A stretch of 63,802 nucleotides of DNA, filler included, from Reclinomonas americana ATCC 50394 (lineage: Eukaryota), in assembly GCA_048213135.1 (NCBI GenBank). It is 6 parts of 5 records of this genome, joined end to end, with 100 filler letters (N's around TTAATTAATTAA, not from the genome) between each part and the next. Parts side by side here need not be neighbours in the genome. Positions count along the whole stretch, not along the records: positions 35,798 to 54,190 come from PS015475.1; positions 54,291 to 62,645 come from PS015476.1; positions 62,746 to 63,802 come from PS015505.1; 3 more parts are not named here. One strand, given 5' to 3'. The notes under the pieces were generated by a model. The model was not told the DNA's origin, ran no database searches, and was given only the letters and a program-made list of their open reading frames with translations. Below, in pieces: positions 50,132 through 63,802 of the stretch (its first letter is position 1; each line of letters starts with the position of its first letter). The position numbers were made by a program, and so were the translations under genes.

Positions 50132-53100
50132 AGAGAGAGAGNNNNNNNNNNNNNNNNNNNNNNNNNNNNNNNNNNNNNNNNNNNNNNNNNNNNNNNNNNN
50201 NNNNNNNNNNNNNNNNNNNNNNNNNNNNNNNNNNNNNNNNNNNNNNNNNNNNNNNNNNNNNNNNNNNNNNNNNNNNNNNNNNNNNNNNNNNNNNNNNNNN
50301 NNNNNNNNNNNNNNNNNNNNNNNNNNNNNNNNNNNNNNNNNNNNNNNNNNNNNNNNNNNNNNNNNNNNNNNNNNNNNNNNNNNNNNNNNNNNNNNNNNNN
50401 NNNNNNNNNNNNNNNNNNNNNNNNNNNNNNNNNNNNNNNNNNNNNNNNNNNNNNNNNNNNNNNNNNNNNNNNNNNNNNNNNNNNNNNNNNNNNNNNNNNN
50501 NNNNNNNNNNNNNNNNNNNNNNNNNNNNNNNNNNNNNNNNNNNNNNNNNNNNNNNNNNNNNNNNNNNNNNNNNNNNNNNNNNNNNNNNNNNNNNNNNNNN
50601 NNNNNNNNNNNNNNNNNNNNNNNNNNNNNNNNNNNNNNNNNNNNNNNNNNNNNNNNNNNNNNNNNNNNNNNNNNNNNNNNNNNNNNNNNNNNNNNNNNNN
50701 NNNNNNNNNNNNNNNNNNNNNNNNNNNNNNNNNNNNNNNNNNNNNNNNNNNNNNNNNNNNNNNNNNNNNNNNNNNNNNNNNNNNNNNNNNNNNNNNNNNN
50801 NNNNNNNNNNNNNNNNNNNNNNNNNNNNNNNNNNNNNNNNNNNNNNNNNNNNNNNNNNNNNNNNNNNNNNNNNNNNNNNNNNNNNNNNNNNNNNNNNNNN
50901 NNNNNNNNNNNNNNNNNNNNNNNNNNNNNNNNNNNNNNNNNNNNNNNNNNNNNNNNNNNNNNNNNNNNNNNNNNNNNNNNNNNNNNNNNNNNNNNNNNNN
51001 NNNNNNNNNNNNNNNNNNNNNNNNNNNNNNNNNNNNNNNNNNNNNNNNNNNNNNNNNNNNNNNNNNNNNNNNNNNNNNNNNNNNNNNNNNNNNNNNNNNN
51101 NNNNNNNNNNNNNNNNNNNAGCGTAGCTACCGCAAGGTAGCGGAGTTTCTTGCATGTGGTGTGCGCGGGCGCGTGAAGAAAAAAGTGGCGGAGCGCCTGT
51201 GGACTGACGAGGCGAATGGGTTGCGGATGACTGCCTTTGCTCACTGTCTGTGGATGGCGCCGGATGATGCCACCGTCGTCACGCTCCTTCGCATGGTGCC
51301 GATCAGCTTTTTCAAGAAGGTGGTTGCGCGCTGTCCCTGGTGGCCTGTCGCTGCGGTCGTCACTGGTCGACTACCGGCGGTGCTCGATGCAGTCCGCGCA
51401 CGAGCTCAACTCGAGGATGTTCCGCTGCTGGAGTCAATGATGGGCCCCGCGGCTCTCGACTTTGCACTGCGAGCGGCTGTCAGCGTTGGCGATGGCGTCG
51501 CCATTCGTTACCTCAGCGGTCTCGCTCTGCCAGCTGCCAAACGCCGGCGCATGCAGTTGACGTTGTTCAACTGCGTGCGCCACTGCATCGGGCGGGGGAA
51601 GGAGGCCGTCCTCAATGACCTTCGTGAGTCGTGGCCACTGCACAACTTGGAGGCGAGTGCGCACCTCGAGATTGCGGCCGCCACCAACGACGTGGAGACC
51701 GTGCGGCGACTGCTGGACGAAGGCGTCGCCGACCCCACCGTTGACGACAACTTGCCGTTGCGACAGGCGGCGTTCCGTGGCCACACCGAGGTGGTGGCTG
51801 CGTTGCTCGCTGACGATCGTGTCCACCCGGAACGACTGCATAACGTGCCTTTGCTGTATGCGTGCGGTAGGGGGCACGTGGGGGTTGTGTCGCTGCTGCT
51901 GAGGCGCGATGAGGTGATTGTGGGCGGCGGGACCGACGATATGTTTACTCTCGAAAGCTGGCAATATCCAGGCACACCGGCAGATCCGGATGTGCAAGTC
52001 GTGGACACTGCCGTCGATCCTGATCCCTTCATAGCATTCTTCTTGAGTGAGGATATTCTTCCCGGTTCACCGCTGGAGGTTGCTGTGCGGTCGACTGATT
52101 GTGCCATGGTTCGAATGCTGCTGCAAGAGGACGTGTTGCGCCATCCACGCGAGGCTAGTTTTCTGGGGGAGTCACTGCCCGAAATCGACGACGAAGACGT
52201 GCTGCGGGCCTTCCTGGACAATCCGCGCTACTGGGAGAATTATTATGACGACCATGCTTTTGTCGTGTGCATTTTGCATGACTGTGGACTTTTACCGTCG
52301 ATCAAGGTGCCGTGTCTGTTGGAGTATCCGCGCTTTCGACCGCATGTGGACTCGCATGCCATGGGCGATTGCATCGTCGACTGCGTCGATGTTGGAGGAC
52401 TTGCGGATCGGTCGCTAGAATCCGTGGTNNNNNNNNNNNNNNNNNNNNNNNNNNNNNNNNNNNNNNNNNNNNNNNNNNNNNNNNNNNNNNNNNNNNNNNN
52501 NNNNNNNNNNNNNNNNNNNNNNNNNNNNNNNNNNNNNNNNNNNNNNNNNNNNNNNNNNNNNNNNNNNNNNNNNNNNNNNNNNNNNNNNNNNNNNNNNNNN
52601 NNNNNNNNNNNNNNNNNNNNNNNNNNNNNNNATGCAGACAGTAGCGACACAGAAATACGAGAGAAAAAATGACTGCGAAGCGTCCTCTCTCTCTCCCTCT
52701 TTGCCCTTTCCCGCACACAACAGACCTCTGGTACCTGAGTACCGATCAGACACAGCAAAGCCAACACGTCGGGGCGTGCGAAGTGCTCGACCGTGCGGCC
52801 CTGACGCAGATTCCGTCGACTAAAGCGAATGGCCTTCTCTAGCGCCGACGCGAAAATGCGGTGGTTCGCCAGCGGCTGCATGCACGGCAAGGCCAAGAGC
52901 TGTCGCATTGACGGCGAATGGAAAGCATCCATGCAATCCTCCAGGGCATCAGCGAGTACCGCGGCCCATTCACCACGGCTCTCGGCCTCCACGTAAACTG
53001 CAGTNNNNNNNNNNNNNNNNNNNNNNNGTTTCATTTTTCTCTCTCCCCCTCCGATTATCGCTGACTATTCGTGCAGCTGAGGAACGAGCGAGATCGGTTC

Positions 53101-53568
53101 TATTTGACAGGCATGGAGCACATGGTCATCGAGTGGATCGACCAGTACGAGTGCGCCCTCGCCTCCCCCGAGCTCCAGCCGATGCTGGATGCGGCGGTGC
53201 CCTTCCCGCTGGTGAAACTCAGCTGCGCCATCGCTCCGCCGACACGCCATTCGGCGCCCTCGCTTGACATGCTGCGCTGCCTGATCGACATTCTGGTTGT
53301 CGGAGATGAGCATCGCATGTACCGCAGCCGTCATCGCCGTCACTGCTCCGATCTCGTGTCACCACTCGCCAGAATGCTGGCGCCGGGTGGCGTCATGCGT
53401 GGTATCGCACGATTAACGCTGCATCGGGTGTTGTTGTTCGAGATCTACCACGTGCTGCTGGCCGACAAGTTGCAGACCAGCATGGGCGTGGTGTTGCCGG
53501 CCGACGTGTGGGTGCTGATCGTGCTGTTTGTGGCGATGCCGACGAGGGAGGCAGGTTGGCAGAGTTAG
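49792..53568 (+). CDS. Ankyrin/box family copy B5 (end of exon 2 on flipped contig 52632-53004)
   Basis: Exon 1 49792-50016, exon 2 from ~51120, exon 3 ~53077-53568. Confidence 0.7.
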
Positions 53569-53838
53569 GATTAAGGCCGTAAACACTTTGTTCATTATCT
53601 CTAGCGATTGAGTGCCTCTCGATGGACAGCCCTGGGTTGAGAAGACAACGAAGTCAGACGACGTCGATCGTCTAATGGAGACATGTTCTTGCTTCAGAAC
53701 AAATTGCTTTGTGAATCTGCGGCATTGCTGTCTTGTTCCGCTTCACCGCGAACTCCCCTTGCCTCACAGCGACTGAGCCCACTCCAAGTGCATGTCCGCC
53801 GGGACAATCTCTTATCTCGTCTCTCTCTCCCTTTGCGC

Positions 53839-54051
53839 ATGGCGTCAGCATCAACTGCTGTGCTTTCACCCTCCGATCTCCTCAATGACCTGCTTCGCAA
53901 GGCCCTCGCAATTGAGGAAACATGCGAACGCGTGCGGTGCGAGATCGACTACGCAGTCGTGTTTGAGAGTACAGTGCGGGCTGTGTATGATGAGCTGTGT
54001 CGTGGGGCTGGAGTGGAGCCGACGCCTCCGCCAGGTGGTTGGAGTGAGGAG
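53839..54051 (+). CDS. Ankyrin/box family copy B6, exon 1 only (truncated by linker)
   Basis: MASASTAVLSPSDLLNDLLRKA...VEPTPPPGGWSEE|GTGCGT. Confidence 0.7.
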
Positions 54052-54111
54052 GTGCGTGCGTTTGTGTTTGGAGAGGGAGAGAGAGTGTGTGTGTGTGTAA
54101 CGGCGAGAGAG

Positions 54112-54177
<66 letters not shown>

Positions 54178-54687
54178 GTAGTGTGTGTGTNNNNNNNNNN
54201 NNNNNNNNNNNNNNNNNNNNNNNNNNNNNNNNNNTTAATTAATTAANNNNNNNNNNNNNNNNNNNNNNNNNNNNNNNNNNNNNNNNNNNNGAGAGAGAGA
54301 GAGAGAAGGAGAGAGACTGAGAGAGACATAGAGAGACTGACAGAGACTTAGAGACAGAGAGAAAGAGAGAGAGAGTGAGAGACTGAGAGAGTAAGAGAGA
54401 GACTGAGAGACTGAGAGAGACTGAGAGAGAGAGAGAGGAGAGAGAGAGTAGAGAGAGAATAAGAGAGTGAGAGACATAGAGAGACTGAGAAAGACAGAGA
54501 GAGACTGAGAGACTTAGAGAGAGACTGAGAGAGAGACTGAGAGAGAGACTGAAAGAGACTGAGAGAGACTGAGAGAGAGAGAGAGAGTTAGAGACTGAGA
54601 GACTTAGAGAGAGAGAGAGAGAGAGTTAGAGACTGAGAGAGACTGAGAGAGACTGAGAGAGAGAGTGAGAAAGAGAGAGGACGCAAC

Positions 54688-58190
<3,503 letters not shown>

Positions 58191-58885
58191 TGCGTCTCTC
58201 TGTGTGTTTGTGTCGACGTTGAGCAAGCAATGCAATGCGTTGGCTTTTCCGTCGACGTTCTTTTTTCTGGTCATGGAGCTCGAGGTGAGTGTGAGTCTGT
58301 TGGAGGTGCAGTGATGGGAGTGGGGATTTTCTGCGCGTGTGAAAATGGGCGTTCGACGTTCGTGAGAGCCTGGTTTTCGCGACCCTTGCAGCCAGCCGGA
58401 CCGCGGCCGGGCGGCAGCTGCAAGGTGACACGCAAACTCGCAGTGGTGCTTCTTGAATCGGTGCGGCATGCAGCTGTTGAAGTCGCAGTTGACGCAATTG
58501 GCCTGCAAGAGAAACGAGTCGGACCGCAGCGCAGCGCGTGTGCAGTTGGCCAGTACAACTGCAAAACGTGAATGCGCTTCTTGAGCGAATGTCAATCTGC
58601 GTCCACTGCACTTTGCACCGCTCGAATTCGACTTCTCGAACAGGCCGGCATCTGTAACTCGTCTGAGACTTGGCTTCTCGTGGCACTGCGTAAAGTTACT
58701 TCGTTGCCGTCTGCCACACCCAGCTGTCGAGATCGCAGCGCACCTCGATATGTGTCGATATTGGTTTCTCGGATCAGAACATACCCAGTGCGACACGCTT
58801 CACTGATTGCAGAACAAGAGCATGCCGATACTCCGCAAAAAAAAAAAAAAAAACAACCCCGCGAATAAGAAAACAAAACCGGTAC

Positions 58886-59610
58886 GAAATCCACCGTCCG
58901 CTCCACTCAACCAAGCCCAACGGCCACAGTCTCGTTGGATCGTCAGCGTGTCGTAACACCACAGGCAGAAAGACAGCTGGAAGGCAGCAGGAAGGAGCAC
59001 GCCTCTCCCTCTAGATAGCAACTAGATAGTAGGTGTATGCAAAGGACCACCACACCTCAACGTCGCCCTCGTTCACCCCACCACAGTCAACACCGCCCCT
59101 CTTCGGCCGTCTCTTCCTCCTCTCGCCGCTCTTCGACAGGCAGCGGAGCCGGTAGCGGGCTCAACCCCCACAAACCACGCACCTGTACACATGTACAATA
59201 TCAATACTGCTCAATAAATCGGAGACAACTCACGCACACCAAGAAAACAAAGCACACGAGCACGTACGCGCACAAGAGTTTATATTCTCCGTTGAAAAAA
59301 AACACCCAGACAAGGAGAAACACAAGAGAAATCAGAAATCCACCGTTCGCTCCACTCAACGAAACCCAACGGCCACAGTCGCTTTGGATCGTCAGCGTGT
59401 CGTAACACCGCAGGCCGAAAGACAGCTGGAAGGCAGGAAGGAGCACGCCTCTCCCTCTAGACAGCAACTAGCTAGATAGGTGTATGCAAAGAACAACCAC
59501 ACCTCAACGTCGCCCTCGTTCCCCTCACCACAGTCAACACCGCCCCTCTTCGGCCGTCTCTTCCTCCTCTCGCCGCTCTTCGACAGGCAGCGGAGCCGGT
59601 AGCGGGCTCA
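58886..59610. repeat. Direct repeat of ~277 bp (two copies, period ~448 bp)
   Basis: 58886-59163 and 59335-59610 are near-identical; on the minus strand each encodes LSPLPAPLPVEERREEEETAEEGRC* followed by non-coding sequence. Confidence 0.85.
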
Positions 59611-59751
59611 GCCCGCGCAGACCGCGCAGCCCCGGTCCCTCCTCCACTCCATCACAGTCTCATCAACACCAACAACAGTCTGTTGAGAGTGATTNNNNNN
59701 NNNNNNNNNNNNNNACTCGTACTCTCTTGTTCTACTTACTCTACACTCTCT

Positions 59752-59796
<45 letters not shown>

Positions 59797-60636
59797 GGAG
59801 TGAGAGCAAGAGTGTGATCGTTGTGTTGCTAACGATTTCTTCTTGCTTTCTCTTGCTCACTCTCTCTTGCTCACTCTCTCTCTCTCTCACTCTCTTGTTC
59901 ACTCACTCACACTCTCTTGTCTCTGTCGTGAGAGTGAGTGCAAGAGTGTGTTGTGATCTAACGTTCTCTTCTTTCTTTGTCTCTTTCTCTCGCTGTTTCT
60001 CTCACTCACGCTCTCTTTCTCCCTCTCTTTTTGTGTGTCTCACTCACTTGCACTCTTGTCTCTCTCTCTCTCAAGAGTGGGAGAGGGAGAGGAAGAGAGA
60101 GCAAGAGAGAGCGTGTTGTCACTAATCTCTCTTGTCACTCTCGTCACTCTTCTCTCACTCACTCACTCTCTCACTCACTCTCTCTCTCTCTCACACACCT
60201 CTCTCTCTCACACACACACCACCACTACCACCACACACACACACACACACACACTCCCACACACTTTTCTCACTTTCTCCCATTTTCTCTCACATTCTCT
60301 CACTTTTCTCTCTCTCACACACACACACTCACTCTCCCCCCTCTCTCTCTTACTCACTCACTCGCCCTGTCTCACTCGCTTTCTGTGGGCGCCCTTGTGT
60401 TTGTGCGCGTGGCAATTTCCACCTCACTTGTCTCACACGCGCGCGCACAGCTCTCTCTGTGTGTCTCTCTCTTCTCTGTGGGTGTGTCACTGTGTGTCAG
60501 TGTGCGTGTCTGTGAGAGAGACAGAGAGCATGAGATGAGACACGATATATGTGTTTGTGTGTCTCTCTTCTCGTTCCCTCTCTTTCTCTCTCTTTCTCTC
60601 TCTCTGTTACTCACACTCACTTGTACTCTGTGAGGT

Positions 60637-60675
<39 letters not shown>

Positions 60676-61317
60676 GAGCAGAGAGTAGCAGAGCAGGAGA
60701 GAGAGGAGAGAAGGGGAGTGCGCATGTGCAGTATTCGCTCCGATATCTCGTTGCCCATCAGTTTCTTTCTCTTGTCGCATATTTTTCTCTCTCTCTTCCC
60801 TCTCTTTCTCTCTGTTTTATTTTTTTAACAACTCACACATGGTTTCGCGATCGCAGTTTACGCTCTCGCTGGTTGTTTGTCGTTTACCGCATCGGGTACC
60901 GTCAGTCGTCTTCGTTCGTCGAGTGCCGTTGACATTGGAGTGCAAGTCGGTGAGTTGTCCGCTCATTCGAATAGAGCATGTAGTTTGTCTCCCTCCTCTC
61001 TGTCTCTCCCCTTTCTGTCGCTGCCCCCTCTGCCTCTCCTCCCTTCCCCTTTACCCCGTCCCCTCATACCCTTTTTTGTCTTTCTTCCTTTTCCCCCCTT
61101 CCCCTTCCCCCCTTCCCCTCACACCCTCTCTGTCGCTCTCACTCTCCTGTCTCTCCCTTTGTCTCTCCCCCTGTCAATCATAGCCGCTATCTCCCCCTTT
61201 CCCCATCTCCCCTTTCCCACCCTCCCCCCTTGCCCTTCCCCTTCCCCTTCCCCTTACCTTTCCCTTTCCTGTCCTTCCCCTCACACCCCCTTTCCCTTTT
61301 CCTCCCCCTCCCCACAG

Positions 61318-62106
61318 GATCCGCCCACGCACGATCCAAGTCACCCATGAGCTCTCGTCAGTCATCCGCTCGAGGCGGATCGGCCTCACTGAGCGGCGTC
61401 GCTCTGTCGCAACTGGCCGACGCCTCACAAATCGTAATCCCTTTCTCGCCTCCAGGCTCCAAGTCTGCAGGTGTGTGTGCCACCCCTCGCCCACCACCCC
61501 TCGCCCACCCAGCTCGCATTCACTCACCTCTCCACCGACAGGCAACACTCACTCACCAACCACCAACTTGCCGACTGTGCGTCGCGGAAGGAGTCCATCG
61601 CCGTCGCGATCACTCTCGCCGAGCGGTGTACGGCGGCGCAGCTTGTCGCCCCTGCCTCGTCGCGTGTCCTCCTCCAGCGCCGTTGGCGGTGGCGAATCGA
61701 GTGGCGTCATTGGTATTTCCACTCCAGAGTTGTGATGATGAGTTTCCTTTCTTGTTCATCTCACCTTGCGTGCACGCAGATGGCGCCGAACGTGCGCGCC
61801 CACTCTTCTCCGTGCCCGACGATGCCCGTGCTCATCTGGCCTACAATGGAGGTGCGATCGCCAGCACTGTCATTGCGCACTCTTTATTAACTCACTCCTC
61901 CCCACTTCCCAGACTCCATCTCCTCCATTGTCCCCCTGTTGTCACCGGAGCAAGTCGCCGGTGTCTTCCAGTTCCTCCCGGCGGTGCAGACGTGCGCCAA
62001 TGTGGAGTTGAATCCGGTCGTGCTGATGCGGTTGGTCGAGCACCACATGCTGCGACTGACCAGCGCCGCCGCATGCACGGTATTCCTGGTGGACGACGTC
62101 TCCAAG
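61318..62106 (+). CDS. Multi-exon gene fragment, possibly the start of a GAF domain
   Basis: Spliceable exons; the last encodes VELNPVVLMRLVEHHMLRLTSAAACTVFLVDDVSK, resembling the GAF helix + CxxFLVD strand. Confidence 0.35.
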
Positions 62107-62890
62107 GTTTGCTGGGCAGTTCTCTCACTCTGTCGCTATTCTCTGCGCGTTTTTATTGCCACTGTATCGTATTCTTTTCTTGCTTGCGCCCGTCATTGCC
62201 GCACTGCGCTCTCTCATCGTGCCCTACCCTCCTCCTCCTCTCATCCTTCTCCATCTTGTCCTTATTCATGCTCTTTTTCTTCTCCCCTGACTGCCCTATC
62301 CCCCTCTTCTCGCTTCACCCAGCCCTGCTCCTTGTCCTCCTATCCTCCTCCTCTCTGTTTCCTTCCGTCTTCGTGCCTCGCACCAGTGCTCCTTTTCCTT
62401 TTCTGTTTCTGTCTTTCCCCCTCTCTTCCCCCCTCTCTTCTCCTTTCTCTTCCCCCATCCTCTTACCGCTCTCTTCCCTCTCTCTTCCTTCTCTCTTCCC
62501 CCTTCGTCTTCCCCCTTCTCTTCCCTCTCTCTTCCTTCTCTCTTCCCCTCTCTTCCCCCTCTCTTCCCCCTTCTCTCTTCCCCCATCCTCGTACCCCTCT
62601 CTTCCCTCTCTCTTCCCCTTCCCTGCCTCCTTTCCTCACCCTCTTNNNNNNNNNNNNNNNNNNNNNNNNNNNNNNNNNNNNNNNNNNNNTTAATTAATTA
62701 ANNNNNNNNNNNNNNNNNNNNNNNNNNNNNNNNNNNNNNNNNNNNGCGCTGCATAAAGCATGCAGGCAATGGAAGCTTGTTGCGTGTGACCGTGCACGCA
62801 ACGAAAGAGGAAATCATTTCGACAATCATTCTTTTTTTTCAGCGTCTTTTGTGAGCCAACCTCGTCACCCTTCCAATCAACAACAACAAA

Positions 62891-63745
62891 ATGGCGTCTC
62901 GTGTCATCAGTGGACTGAAGAAGACCCCCGAGCTGTTGCGTGATATGAGAGTGAGACGAGGAGAGCACGAGTTGTGTGTGTGTGTGACGCTCTCTGTCTT
63001 TCTCTCTCCTTTCTCTCTCTTCCCTGCGCTCGTGTATACACACACACACGCATACTTACTGTGTGTGTCTCTCTCACACACGCACGCACATGCACACAAT
63101 AATCTCTCTGTGCACGTTTTTCCAATCATTCTTTCTTCCCTTTACCCTTTCTCGTCTCTCTCTTTTCTCTTCTTTACACATACACACACGCACTCTCTTC
63201 CACACACACACGCACTCTTCTGTGCACGCGCGCGCAAGCACAACAATCGGTTTCCAATCATTGTTTACTCCTCTCTTCCTTTTGCCTTTCTCTCTCTTTC
63301 CTCACTCTCTCTCACACGCACTGTCTCCCTCTCCTGTGTGCACACACAAGCGCACGTGCTCCCACCTCTGTGTGTGCGTGTGTGTCAGTTCGATTTGCGT
63401 GTCTTCCCTTTTCCCTTTCCGCTCACTTTCACTCTCTTCTCTCTCTCACTCACTCTGCCCCCACCACACACACACTCGTCACCCTTACTGCACCCTTCTC
63501 ATCCCTTTCTCTCGCGCGTGCTCTGTTTTGCGACATGGCGAAAAAATGGCTCACTCAAACACACACACAGGCAGCCGTTGGCGTTCTTCTCGCTCTTCGC
63601 CCTGGGCCTGAGCGGCGGCTACATTGCCCGCACCCTGTCCAAGGTGAGCAAACAAAAACAAAACACAAGAAGAAGTTGTTGTTGTTTTCGAGATGGCGCT
63701 CATCAGTCTCTCTCTCTTTGTGTTTGTGCAGCACCCCGACGTCGT
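62891..63745 (+). CDS. NDUFA4/COXFA4 (B12D/MLRQ family) small mitochondrial membrane protein, 5' part
   Basis: Spliced MASRVISGLKKTPELQPLAFFSLFALGLSGGYIARTLSK-HPDV: PELxPL + TM + PDV pattern. Confidence 0.65.
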
Positions 63746-63751
63746 GTTGCG

Positions 63752-63802
<51 letters not shown>

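Overview
Gene-dense, intron-rich genomic DNA from a microbial eukaryote (organism not identifiable from sequence). Introns are mostly ~55-120 nt GT-AG with CTRAY/CTCAY-like branch points, and (CA)n/(GA)n microsatellites are abundant. The assembly is a draft: many N gaps, five artificial TTAATTAATTAA linkers, TACG-flow read-tail artefacts and several apparently flipped contigs. Genes traced by hand-splicing, in order: WDR46/UTP7, an OS-9-like MRH lectin, an LRR + GalU-type nucleotidyltransferase + arabinokinase-like GHMP kinase fusion, a kinesin, COQ10, a large NHL/FN3-like/L-type-lectin protein, ankyrin-repeat fragments, an AGFG-type ArfGAP fused to an RLK/Pelle/IRAK-like kinase, a tandem array of about 8 three-exon genes for ankyrin proteins with a C-terminal F-box/BC-box-like motif, an SMCHD1/GMI1-like GHKL ATPase in the middle of that array, GPAA1, a GAF-like fragment and an NDUFA4/B12D-like gene. 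The most notable signals are (1) a frequent class of 1-nt-shifted 5' splice sites (H|GTTGCGT, GTTTCGT, GTTGAGT), (2) the diversifying ankyrin/E3-adaptor-like array around an SMCHD1-like gene, and (3) two unusual domain fusions. All family assignments come from recalled motifs, not database searches.
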